A DNA stretch of 64,000 bases from Octopus sinensis (Eukaryota). The notes beneath the pieces are model-generated. The model saw only the letters and a program-made list of their open reading frames with translations, searched no databases and was not told the DNA's origin. The translations under genes were made by a program, and so were the position numbers. How positions within the stretch are numbered: the stretch's first letter is position 1; every line of letters begins with the position of its first letter. Below, piece by piece: positions 21,966-34,520 of this stretch. Location: assembly GCF_006345805.1 (NCBI RefSeq), contig NC_043010.1, forward strand, positions 55,924,001 through 55,988,000, read 5' to 3'.

Positions 21966-24924
21966 AAGGAAAATGAAGTGCCTTGCTGAAGGATACAACG
22001 CACCTTATGATTATGAGCTCAGCTCCATAACCACAAGTCACGTACCTTCGCACAGAAATAGACAAATCTTCTTCAAATCGCAGTCGTGTGTGCGTGTGAA
22101 GGAGACAGACTCCTGGGTGGTAGCTAACCCTGCACTAAATAGCAGCCAAATCTTTGTGCGAGTACCCGCCGCTTGTGTTGCTTTGTTTACATCCCTATAA
22201 CTTGACTGAGGGTCAAAAAGAGATCAATAGTACAAGCACTTAAAGTTTAGGTATATTTGCGGATATGTGATGGAGATTTTGGCTGCTATTTCTTGCAGCC
22301 AAATTTCCCTCAAGTTCACGACTAAACCTTTGAAGGCAGTGCTCCAGAGTGGCTACATTCTAATGACTGAAGCGCGTGCAAAAGATATACAGATTTGGGA
22401 GAAACCTAATAAATGGCTGCATCGAAAAAATTGTTTGATGGAATGATTTCCGCCGCGTGACACGGACACTCGTTTAACACTGTCAGGAATGTGGGAAACT
22501 GGGAATCGAGTCATTGGAAACGACCATTCACGACGCTATTCTCAAGAATTTCTATCATAAAAGAAATCAAATTGAAATGCCATTCCTGCCTCGCCAAGTT
22601 GCCTTTCAGCTCTAATTCAATAGAATTGTTCCAACAACAACCATATTATCTTTATGTATAATGCAGCCATCAGTAATAGGCTGGGATCCGAAGGTATTTC
22701 ACTGCTATATCTAACGCATATGGTTGTTCTTCTAATCCAGCTGACATATAATCAATGACATTCCAGTTGTGGCCATCCTATATTTCATTCAAATATCAAG
22801 TATAGCTAAGACGAACGTCCCCTTCATTTTTTTTTTTTTTCAAGATGTGATTTGAGCGACATTTCATTTCTATTTCTGATTTGTCGAGGGACCAGATAAA
22901 AGCACCTCCATTATTTCAGTCGTTTCCATTGAAAGATGCTTTTTGTGGATCACTTTACCGGTCAACAGTTGTTAACGACACGAGGCAAATAAAGTAGAAC
23001 AACGAGTAAAGGGAAATAACTCCAGGCACAACTAAAATCCATTTGGGTGTCATCCAAAATTGCGGCTTTAAAAATCAGATTTCATAAAACTTGAACGATG
23101 GTAGTTTTAATAGGTGTTAGATAAGACTAGCAATGAAATATATAAATCTATTATCAAATATATAAACTAAATATCAAACAAAATGCTGAAGTTTCTGTTA
23201 TATCTTGAGATGCAGTCATCATTTTGTTGATCTTTTTGAAAAGGAATAAACAAAAAATGCCTCCCTCCTGAATAAAAATTTTTCAAGAAAAGTCAAGAAT
23301 TTATAAACTTTTAAGGAAACATGAATTCTTTATGGGAATTTGATCTTGAAACGCATTAATGCTTTACATAACAGATATGGGGTTCGTGTCCCACGGGCAG
23401 CTTTCAACTTTTTTGTATGCAAAGGGATTCTTCAGCCTAATATTTACATGTTATTATTTATGTATTCCAATTCCTAAAAGGAATTTTTCCTGTCAAGAAA
23501 ATTTATTTGTGGACATATTAAATATTCAACACTTAATTCTTAAAACCCGAATTCCTCGACAATCAATATCATTTCTGATAAAAATATTTCTCTTTTTTAA
23601 AAGAATTTATTCCATAGTCAGAAGGGACAGTACTCACGGCTCTTTACATGGCTTCTCAGACTTGGATGGCAAGCGGGTAAGAATCCTCAAATGGACATCT
23701 GAACTACGTTCTTGGAACGGATGAGCACCCAACAACCAGGTACAAGTGTGAAATCTGGTGACAGGTTAAATCTATCACTCAAGCAGTCCACGGTGGGGTT
23801 CGAGGCCAGAATTCAAAGAACCGGAACAACTACTGTAAGGTATCCCATTTAATAATCTAGAGTTTCCACAAATCACCCATCCAGAAAGAAGAAAGACAAA
23901 GTTGACCTCGATCAGATTTCCTCATTTTGGACATTCACACAAAATCTCTGTCTACTTTAAATACATTCTTGATCTGTTGATTGTGCTAGACAGTACTTCA
24001 CAGAGGAGGTCTGTTAAGACTGAAACATGTCCAGAGTTGTCACTATTTACCATTTTAGATTCTAGCATTCTCTTGCCAATATTTGTCACTAATACAATTG
24101 GCATCCTTTTTCAACATGACTGTAATTTCAATTGGTTTAAATTCTCCTTAGTTTTTGATTATGATTAAGTACTAATGGTCTTGCTAATTACTAATTATCA
24201 TTCAAAAATTATTGTTAGAAACAGTATAGACAGACAGATCGAATAATTGAGAGTTTCTTTGGAAAATTGGTTAAATGTCATTAAATTGATTCAGTGAAAT
24301 AATGCTACAAATAAACTAAATCTACGAAACCTGTCTGGACTGTTGAAATATTTTTGATGGTGTCCATGTGAAAGTGAGACTGACCGGGCAGCAGTGTGCC
24401 TTGAACCAGGATCGGAGGATAGGGTTCGTCGAAGCAGGCAGAGCTTTTGCATATTATGGTGTAGCAATACTTTTAGTTCTAATGATTTAATTCGCTATTT
24501 TGCAGCAATCGCTGACCAGAGTTCTGTAGAACTAGTGGCTTAATTGATTATAAGGAAAACAGTAATCAATTCTACATATTTAAACATAATTAGTTTGATC
24601 TCAACAAAAACTGCTCAAACTTCAATAAAAACCAAACAACTTTGAGTACAAATTGACAGAAGCTGTGGCGAATTTTCTGTGAGGATCATTTCAAAAGGAA
24701 TTAATTGGTTGAGTTGTTTAGAGCATCAGACAAACTCTTGTGTGGAATTTCTGTCACTTTCATCCGTTCTAAGTTCAGATCTTATCAAGGTCAACTTTCT
24801 TCTTTGTGGAAGGGAGATCTGTGGAATCACTAGATTATTAAATGGGACACCTTACCGAATTCTGGGCTTGAACCCCACCATGGACTGCATGAGTGATAGA
24901 TTTAACCTGTTACCCGATTTCTAA

Positions 24925-25380
24925 CTTGAGCTATTAGAGGATGTGCAGATTAGTTATGGTTCAGTTCAGTCCATTATCATTGAAGATTTGGGTGTGAGAC
25001 ACATGTCTGCCAAGTTTGTGCCAAAACTGTTCTCATGTGATCAAAAAGACACTTGGGTTTCAGTTGCACAAGATCTTGATTGTGTCAAGAACTATGAAAA
25101 CATTTTGAAAACTTTGCTTAGGCCTCTGAGCAAGCATCGCCAAGCTTTTGGCAAAATTTGATGCAGATTTCTCTGCTCAGTTTTCTCTGTCATGGTCAAT
25201 GTGACGATCACACGCTACACACGTTCCTTCCAAGCACTGCTAAAAACAGCAGAAGAGAGCTAGAACGTTAAAGCTTAGTGCACTTGCACAGCAGAGTTGA
25301 AGGTCAATCGGCTTCACTCTACGTGCTTTAGGTTCGTTACTATGGCAACGGTCCGGATATTTATTGATCAAACCATGTAT
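24925..25380. mobile_element. Rearranged mariner relic (two convergent pieces)
   Basis: + strand ISYGSVQSIIIEDLGVRHMSAKFVPKLFSCDQKD (24943-25110); minus strand 5' end tatacatggtttgatcaataaatatccgg (from 25380) leading to CIKFCQKLGD. Confidence 0.8.
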
Positions 25381-25927
25381 ATATAAATATATATATAGTG
25401 CATTAAATAATTTATTGAATACCATAGCTTCTTCTGGAGAGCCAGTTTCCTGGATTCTCAGGTGTATGTACTCCCCACTGGACAGAAAGCCAACCCACCA
25501 CAATAATCATTTTTGTCAGCTGCATTCTGATTCAGCCGAGCGGCCATTCATAATATCAGTATTTTATCTGCAGGTTCCCATGTTGGGGACGAGAAATCTA
25601 ATCTAAGCGTGTGGCTGGTTGTAAGTACACACTATTGATATGGTCCAAGAGGTCCAAAATGCATCTGGCGTTCTTGTTAACTCTGCTGGGACGATTTTCG
25701 TTTATATATTGTATATTGTATATATTGTTATATATTGTACTTTTAAACATAGCTCATCCATAAGAGATGCCAGCTCAGACGAATTTTGCAGTAGCTTGCC
25801 TTTCAATGATGTATTTACATTAAGTATGATACATAAATAGATGTGTGTGTGTGCGTGTTATTGTAATTAATGGGTTAACCGGTCAAAGCTTCGAAGTCAT
25901 CATCAATAATATTCTTGTTTAAGAATT

Positions 25928-26550
25928 AACATAATTAAAGGATAAAATCAGGAAAAATTAATGAATTTTATCAGTGGCCAGCTGATAAAAAACATTTTAG
26001 GTAAACTCCATATATAGATATGTAGTTATATAGAATATAATATTAATAAAGGGCACAGAAACCACTGTGCCTATATGCTAGAAAGAGATGCTAACTATGT
26101 CCAAAATTCACTTCAATATAGGCAGGGAGAAAGTGGGAAAAGTGGACAAACCAAACAATTCACAAAATAATTCAGATAATCCTAGATTGATCAATTTCAG
26201 AAGAAGTATAAGAACTGTTCCTTCATCAGTGGGTTATACCACGAATTTCATAGACCACCTCAACACGTGTGTATTTGGTCAGAACAGTGCAGAAGTAAAT
26301 AAACTGTCCCGAAGTGAATGAAATACATCTAAACATAATTAAAAGATAAAACCAAAACATAATTAAGGGATAAAATCATTAAAAATTAATGAATTTTATC
26401 AGTTGCCAGCATATAAAAAAATCTTTTAGGTAAAATCCCTATATAGATATATAGTTATATAGAATATAATTATAATTAAGGGCACAGGATCTCACTATGC
26501 TAGAAAAAAGACGCCAACTACATCCAATCACCACAAGATTCACTTCAATA
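25928..26550 (-). repeat. Partial tandem repeat (period about 428 bp) with a degenerate hammerhead on the minus strand at 26179-26235
   Basis: 25928-26118 recurs at 26356-26550; between them the minus strand reads aaccca-CTGATGA-aggaa...ttct-GAAATTGATCAATC-taggat. Confidence 0.65.
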
Positions 26551-26589
26551 CACACAAGTAGAAAGCGAGAAAAATGGACATTCACTTGT

Positions 26590-26960
26590 GGGCAGTACTT
26601 GTCAGCAGAATCTTCTGGAATTCTTTGAGACATGGTTCTCTTGGGATGTTGTCTTGATGTTTCTGACATCCCTTTTTTTAATCACACCTAGGACACCTAC
26701 AATAACAGGAACAATTTTGCTTTAAGATGCCATATCTTTTGTATTTCAATTTTCATGTCTTTATATTTACTAGGTTTGTCATATTCTTTTACAGATATTT
26801 TTTTTTACTACAAGTAGTTTCTTCCATGTCTTTAATAATTATGTCTGGTCAATTAGCCTGGCTCATTCTGTCAGTGTTGACTGGAAAATACCAGAAGATG
26901 GTGACATTTTTACCTTCAATAACTGGCCCAGGATGATGTTCATACAAGAAAGCAAGAGAG
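26590..26960 (-). mobile_element. R4/Dong-type LINE 3' fragment (endonuclease domain)
   Basis: YEHHPGPVIEGKNVTIFWYFPVNTDR, PDIIIKD, SKYKDMKIEIQKIWHLKAKIVPVIVGVLG, EFQKILLTSTAH. Confidence 0.85.
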
Positions 26961-27819
26961 ACAAGTTTACGTATTTTCCAATGTAAATACTGACGAATTT
27001 TCTATTCGCTTAGTGTCGGTAAAAGACATCGCGAAACAGAATGGTCTATTATTTCATCGAATGTATCGCAGAACCTGCATTCCTTGTTGAGCAGTTACAA
27101 CTTTAGCGGTAGTCATAGCGTAGTCACATAATGCTCACAGATCGAAATTCGCCTCCAGTTTCTTTTTCTTTCTGTAGTTGTTTCCCGGTATACCTGTTTA
27201 GTGATGTTTTAAACTCAGTGACTAATTTGCTCCTTTTTGCGTCCCTTCGTGGAAAGTCGCTTTGTTTGGTTTTGCGTTGCTCGGGACATGTTTGTGCGTG
27301 TGTGTGTGGGTGTGTGTGCATTATTTATGTTGCTTATAAAGATTAAAATGTGCACATGTATGCATGAACAGTTGCATGTATACATAAATAATAAATTTTA
27401 CGTACTTACTGTGTATTTGGTGTGGTGGTGTTGTTATTGTTGTTGTTATTATTATTATCATTCTACCAAGGTCAACTTTGCCTTTAATCGTTTCGGGGTT
27501 GATAAATTAAGTACCCGTAATACCCGTAATACACAGAGGGAAATGCAATCGACAAGTCTCCCCACCCCCACCCAAACTCCAGGCCTTGTGCTTTCAGTAG
27601 AAAGGATTATCAGTACTCTGGTCGAATTGTTAGCATGGTGGGCAAAATGCTTAGTAGTATTTCGCCTGCCGCTACGTTCTCAGTTCAGAAATCTGCCGAG
27701 ATCGAATTTGCCTTTCACCCTTTTGGGGTTGATAAATTAAGTAGCAACCAAGCACTGGGGCTCGATGGGACCAACTATTCCCCTCCTCCAAATTTCAGGT
27801 CTTGTGCCTGTAGTAGAAA

Positions 27820-27824
27820 GGATT

Positions 27825-27861
<37 letters not shown>

Positions 27862-28130
27862 TGTTTAACACAGCAATTTTCTTGGAGAATGTAACAAAAT
27901 GTCAACTGCATCACAACCAGTAGACCAAAAGCTGATACTCTTCATTCACATTTCGAAACTCTGCGAAGGATTCGTGCAGGTCCAAGTAACACTGTGTCTG
28001 TAGATGCTGTCTTCACATTTACTCCTATCTTTTCAATCTAGTTCTCAACGTTCACCTTCTTCAATGACCACAGCATTTGTGTTATGGCGTGGTTTGTATT
28101 GTTTATTAATAGTCGTGGCTGAAGTAGAAC
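27820..28130 (-). mobile_element. R4/Dong-type LINE extreme 3' end with (TAA)n tail
   Basis: KIGVNVKTASTDTVLLGPARILRRV, then 3' UTR and (TAA)n (seen as tta repeats at 27820-27860 on +). Confidence 0.7.
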
Positions 28131-29930
28131 TAAATGTGAAATTTTATCATTTCTCTTTGCTTCAGGGAATGTCGAAGACCGTTGCGTTGTGGAACTCTTA
28201 ACACTGAGAGGAAGTCAGCAGAATAGTCAAGGAAAGGGTAACAGATTTCTTCTAAGTGCTGACGTTTAGAGAAGCAGCCGAGATTGTAGTGTTTTTGAAG
28301 AAAATGGTGGAGTTCAGGAATATAGGAGAAGTAAATGGAAACTGCATAGATGAGATGACGTCTGAAACTAAAGGGAATGAAATATTTTTGCCGATTATTC
28401 CATTTCGATTTCACACATTTCCTCTCCTAGATTAACAACCAATTTACTGTCAACCCCAGCATAACCCACCCAATCGCCTTCTTTCACTTCTCCCTTAACT
28501 TCTGCTCCTAAACGTCATCTGCATTCAAGCGAGACTCCTCATACCTAACCTACTTACCCTTTGTGAACTTACTGGGACAGTAAAAATATTCTTCCCCTTC
28601 AAAAGCATAAAGAAACAATCACTACACATAAGCATAACAGTCCATCTCCTCTAAATATGAACAGCACACAGCTAGTACCACCACTGCTACAAATGCTCGG
28701 AATCACCATCGCTAATGATCCAGGCAAATACACACCTCCAACATAGCAACGACCACATTAATAAGGATGGCATTTGCCTTCAAAGACGGAAAATATTTTA
28801 TCTCACACACACAAAGTACTTACTATCCCTATACGAGGCTGAATTGAAACACTCAGTGACGTAACACTTCAACATCCAGAATGGTATAGTTTATACACAA
28901 AGAGATATCTCCCACAGTATTACTGCTATACGCAGAAAGTGACAATCAAAGAAAAGCCACTTGCTTGATTGCCTTCAAGTTATGCCAACACACTCTAAAA
29001 CTTCTTCTCTACTGATGTACTCCTGTCTATTTGTTCTACTGCTACTGTTGTGACCTCTGTCCCTTGGAGAATGCAAGTCTTGTGTCACCTCTGCTCACGT
29101 TACTTCTATTACTGTGCCCACCACTACCGACGATGCATTAAGCCATGACGACTAGTCTTTTTCCTTCTCCACATTGTCGGTTCTCCGTACAACTGTCAAA
29201 TTGCAACTGTTGAAGAACGTGAACCCCATTGGTCTCGGAGAGTTTATAAAGGTTGAAATGTTTCCCTCCTCTCTGTCGATCTACTATAAAATAAATTATT
29301 TACCCCACGTTCAAAACTCTCTTCACTCTGTAAACACCTCAGCCAAAGCGATATTAAGATAAAACTAGTCGCCAAAGTTGGTGCTATGATGGTCTGATGC
29401 ACTGACCCTGATAGAAAGAAACACCAACCGACTTCACTACAGGAAATTGCCCAAAGATGTCAACATTCGCAGCACTCATCTGTCACATTTCTAGAACTTT
29501 TTTCTTCAAGTCCACTTCTGCATACGATTGACGGCCATAATCTAAAATGAATTCTAATATTTTAGTTATAGTAATTCTAAAATGCCCATTAGAATAATTA
29601 CTTTAATAACAAATGAGAAATGTGTCAACTATTTAATTAGACTCTTTTCATCTTAGAATTTAGTTTCTTGAACTAAAGGGAAATAATTATTTTCAAGGGG
29701 AAATAACTCTAAGAAGATAACACTCTTTCTAAGGGAAACAACTCTGTGAGAGAATTTTCCCAAGTTTCTGAAATGGTTTTCATACAGCTTCATACATGTC
29801 AGTTGATATATATTCAATAGATATACTGAGATACGGATTGCATTAAGCACTTTTTTCGTTTATCTTTTATTTTACTTGTTTCAGTCAGTTGACTGCGGCC
29901 ATGCCGGGGTACTGCCTTGAAGGGACGAAC

Positions 29931-30274
29931 TATTAATTTTGCCTTTAAGTTCTAATTGCTAATAAGCCATCCTTTTAATTTTGTTGTTTACACTTTTACA
30001 GTTTTGGAAATCAGCACATTTTTCTACAGTTTACAGATAGTTGAGTTTAACCTTAGGCGCTAAGAGTCGCTGATGAGGATTAAGATGGTCTACATTAAAA
30101 TCCGAAATCGCTGGGGACTTACCTCCCTTTGTCAGTCACTTAAAACAGTGCGCCTGTGGATTTGAGTTAGTTTCACTCTTATCCTTAGCAAAAGCAGTGC
30201 TAATCAGAACCTTCTGTCGTTTTAGTGACCTCTATCAATTTTGCCTTTAGGTTTTAATTACTAATAACCCACCA

Positions 30275-30282
<8 letters not shown>
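29931..30282 (+). repeat. About 302-bp unit with terminal direct repeats and an internal hammerhead motif (30065-30119)
   Basis: 29931-29979 recurs at 30233-30282; agtcg-CTGATGA(30070)-GGATT...AATCC-GAAA(30104)-tcgctggg-gact. Cleavage triplet degenerate. Confidence 0.65.
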
Positions 30283-30319
<37 letters not shown>

Positions 30320-30359
30320 ATGGCGTCCTCATCGGGGTCTAATAAAACTGTTGATGCCA

Positions 30360-32000
30360 AAGTTTGGTGCCAGCCCCCTTCAGTTCTTTCATAGGTGTAT
30401 CATTACATATGTCTCCAATCTTCACTCCAGGGAGTAGAGTCATAATTTTCTAGTTTCTCACAGTAGCACGAGTGTTTTATTGATGTAATGTTTCTGGTCT
30501 AGCACGATTGAATTGCTGCTAGTTCCGCTGTTAACTTGAGACTATGGGGTGACCATAACTGAGAGCTGCAGTCCATAGGACCAGCATAGATTCCTGGTAC
30601 CTTTCTGAAAGTTCTCAGAATCAATCCAGTCATTCGCCAGCACATTGCCACCATCTTGGTGATATGTACATTAAACGAAGCATCGATGCTCCTATCAATC
30701 ACTAGGTCACAAATTGTGTTGATTATAGCATGACTACTCCTTTTGTTCCAAAGTACTTTTATTTCGGTACTTTAGCACAAGTTGGCTGATAGGGGACAGC
30801 TTGGAATTGCCCTGCATTAAACTGCGTTGTTTTCTTCAGCTCATTTATATATGGCATCTAGATCTTTCTGTTGAAGATTAGCATCAAGGGGATTCTTGGC
30901 TGTGCAACGTTTGTAACGTCGGCCAAGCTAGTAAGAATGGTTGTTGGTATAACAGATGGCATGTCTGAGAGAGCTTCCACAAACAGCAGCGACTCCAAGA
31001 CAATTCCCTGAAGCACTCCACTCATTATTAACGTCTCTTCGGAGAGGGCTCCATTGGAGGGCACTATCTTTTAAGGAAGTCATGTAAACACTCTCTCAGT
31101 TTTCCAACTATGCCGTGTCATATTCAGCGATCAATCATATCAAGGGCCTTTGATTTTTTTTTTTTTTTGTTACAATAATTTTACTGATGTGTTAGGTTAG
31201 AGAGAGAGACAAGTCTACAATTTTTAGCTTCTTCTCTGCTTCCTCGTTTATGGCTAGAACATATTATGTCCTTCTTTAACTTTCTGGTAAATTTACCGCT
31301 TGCAAGTAAGTGTTGGAAGAGGATTTGCAGTGATCTTTGAATTTTTCAGAACTGATGGGAATAATCAATGGCTGATATTATACCAGTTTATTTTATTTCG
31401 ACGTAATCGATAATTACCATCCCTTTGTGTACAGATGTGATGTCAAAGAACTCGTCTGGCATATTTATTTGCTAGTTTTCTGCCAAAGTTGTGAAACACT
31501 TTTGCATTGCAAATTCAGTAATTTACTTATCTCTTGGGGGTCCGCAGTCAGTCAGTCATTTTCTTTGAACAGTGACCTCATGTTTTACCATCTTCGGCAA
31601 AGCTCGTTCGAAATAGGGCTCCTCACTTTCCGTTAGTAGCTCATTAGGACGATTTGAGATCTTTGCTTGTCTTCTATTTAGAATTTTCCTATTTTGGGGG
31701 ATTTATCTTTTTCTGTCGGTTTGAAATTCTCTCTGGAACAAACTTATTGCATATGCCTTGCATGATTATCATAAAGTGTTTTAGCTTTATGCTGATATTC
31801 TGCAGAGAAAGACTGTCAGACCGGTTTTGTTGCAGGACTTTTTCAATAGCTTTCCAGTTGGATTTATGAAAGTTCTAGCTGGAAAGAAGTCGGTTGCTTC
31901 TAGTTGCCTGCGTTTTTGTATTTTCTGTCTCGGACTATACATTTGTAGTCCTAAGTTATGATTCGAGAAAATGGTTGGCATCCCCTTAACATTATGGAAG
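30360..32000 (-). mobile_element. CR1/Jockey-group LINE remnant
   Basis: NGALSEETLIMSGVLQGIVLESLLF...SLADVT (RT), FNVHITKMVAMCWRMTGLILRTF, CSQLWSP; upstream NFHKSNWKAIE linker. Confidence 0.8.
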
Positions 32001-32859
32001 GCGCTGTAAGCATCTGCAAATTGTGTGCTGGCGCCATGATAAATGTTTCTATATTGTGACAGTTACAGAATATAGAAAGAAGTGTAAAACCGATAATCAT
32101 ATAATCAAACCAAAATATCTCAGTTACGCAAACATAAACAGAATTACTGTTTAACCTTAAAATACATCAAACATATTCAAAGAACCTTTTTGGTTTCGTG
32201 GTACGGAACGTTCTTCTGGTATTCTTTTATTCTTTTACTTGTTTCAGTCATTTGACTGCGGCCATGCTGGAGCACCACCCTTTAGTCAAAGAAATCGACC
32301 CCTGGACTTATTCCCTGTAAGTTTGGTCAGCCCGAGACTGTAGAAGACACTCTTCAAAGTATAAAATTGAATTTCGTGTAGCCACCTGTTGGCAACCTTT
32401 CTCCCTAACTCATTTTGTAGGGGGTATCACCCATTTTTCTGGGCTCTTTTCACAGTTATACCCCGTTCGAAATTTGCATTAGTTTTTGTATGAAAAGAAA
32501 AAGGGAAGGGAGGTTGGAGCCCGTTTGTAGTTTGTAAAGAAACGTTAAATGTGCCGGAAAAAAAAACATGGTCTTTCTCCCAACTAAAAGACATGGAGAA
32601 CTATGAAGGAATGTGAATAAGCACCGGTGGGTGGGGGAAAGAAGAGAGAACTAACACTCGATCGTTCTGGAACTTCCAGGATAAAAACAAACACCTGAAA
32701 GACTTTCTCTCGATTCATTACTAAAGGTCTTCTTCATTGTTAAAAGTAAAGAAACTAGAAAAGATCGATCGTATTTCTTTCTAATTGTGATTGGAAATGA
32801 CTGAGGCTTTCCTTTCTCTGTCGCGTCACTCCTTTTCTCTACGGTTAAGAGAGTGAAGG

Positions 32860-33130
32860 TGCGTGGCTCAGTGGTTAGGAGTATTCGGCCCACGATTGTA
32901 AAGTCATGAGTACGATTCCCTGCGGTGCCTGTGTTCTTGAGCAAGGTACTCTACTTTACCTTGCTGCAGTCCACTCAGCTGGCAAAAATGAGTTGTAGCT
33001 GTAATTCAAAGAGGCCAGCCTCCTTTGTGAGGCTGAATCTCCAAGAGAACTACCTTATAGCATGCATGTCTGTGGTGTATTCAGCCATTTGCGCGTTAAT
33101 TTTACGAGCAGACTGTTCCGTATGTGTATG
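32860..33130 (+). mobile_element. tRNA-derived SINE (family C)
   Basis: gtggctcagtggttagg A-box, gagtacgattccc degenerate B-box, then cttgagcaaggtact...cagtccactcagctgg body. Confidence 0.75.
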
Positions 33131-33550
33131 TATCTATGTATAAATTTTCTTGCGATGTGATAAACATTTAAAAACACAAAACGAACGCCGTTGCCACTCA
33201 CTCTCTCTCTCTCTCACACTTCCTCTCTGTCCTCTTCTCTCCCGCTTTGTTACTCACTTCCTTTGAGGTGTGACACACACCACAGGTACGGACGTACAAA
33301 AACAACAAGTTGGCGTATTAACATTATTGATAATCCTTTCTACAGGATGTACAAAGCATGAAATTTGGTGGGAGGAGACTAATCGATTATACTGACCCTA
33401 GTGTATCACTGATACTTAATTTATTGACCCTGAAAAGACGAAAGGCAAAGTCAGTCAACTTCGGCCGAATTTGAACTCAGAACGAAGCGGTAGACGAAAT
33501 ACCGCTTAGCATTTCGCCCGGCGTGCTAACGATTCTGCCAGCTCACGACC

Positions 33551-33596
<46 letters not shown>

Positions 33597-33597
33597 G

Positions 33598-33994
33598 TCT
33601 TTCTACCGGAATCACAAGGCCTCAAATTTGTGGGGGGAATGGATTAAGTCGATTACATCAACCCCAGTGCGTAACTGCTACTTAGTTCATCGACCACAAA
33701 AGAATGAAAGGCACAATCGACCTCGGCGGAATTTGAACTCAGAACGTGGCGGCGGACGAAATACCTATTTCTTTATTGCCCACAAGGGGCTAAACATAGA
33801 GGGGACAAACAAGGACAGACAAACGGATTAAGTAGATTCTATCGACCCCAATGCGTAACTGGTACTTAATTTATCAACCCGGAAAGGATGAAAGGCAAAG
33901 TCGACCTCGGCGGAATTTGAACTCAGAACGTAACGGCAGACGAAATACGGCTACGCATTTCGCCCGACGTGCTAACGATTCTGCCAGCTCGCCG

Positions 33995-33996
<2 letters not shown>
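33598..33996 (-). mobile_element. Dimeric family-A SINE
   Basis: Minus strand: head next to (TTA)n, tail cttgtgggcaataaagaaata, body restart at ggtatttcgtc (about 33765), second tail ggccttgtgattccggtagaaag. Confidence 0.85.
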
Positions 33997-34033
<37 letters not shown>

Positions 34034-34038
34034 TGATG

Positions 34039-34520
34039 TTGGGGCGGGCCGAACACAAAACAAATGGGGACAATACAAAACTGGCGGCACGTGGAGTTTA
34101 ACATAAAAATCGAGTAAATGATAAAATGGCAATGATAATTAACTATACAATTAAACAATAAAATTCCCCCAAAAGGGAAAGTTCCTTACAGAGGCAACCG
34201 AGGAACCCCACACATTTTGGTTTTCTCGAACGCCAGATGCACCTCAGTAGGCGTCTCTCTCCTTCTCAACTCCACCAGTTTAAAACGAAAGTTGAGAGTA
34301 GGTCCATTCACACGGTTCATCCTCGCAACTCGCACCCACCTTTCAGCAAATTTACTTGCGTGGTGGGGAAACTTCCTTCTCTACTCTCACCTTCCTTCTG
34401 AAGTGGAACTTTAAAAGTTTATGAGGGCTTGGCCAAAGAGGGCAGTATTTGCCTTCAGTCCTTTCAATCTCGTCCACCACACTACCTCCCTCGCCATAGC
34501 AACCAGACGGTGGAAAACCT
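34039..34520 (-). mobile_element. Tx1/L1-clade LINE 3' end (diverged relative of 35740-36233)
   Basis: Reverse complement aligns colinearly with 35740-36230 (gtagtgtggtggacgagattgaaagga vs gtggtgtggtgggcgaggttgaaagga; aagttccac; aggtgggtg); roughly 70% by eye. Confidence 0.8.

Noticed and set aside
26983-27055. CTGACGA...GAAAC...GTC with aata/tatt stem I
   Set aside because: Eleven unpaired nt follow the core and stem II has no closing pair; could be chance.
32860-32925. tRNA-like heads here and at 36268, 43780, 57380 and 62920
   Set aside because: No complete cloverleaf; each continues into a repeated non-tRNA body, so they are SINEs rather than tRNA genes.
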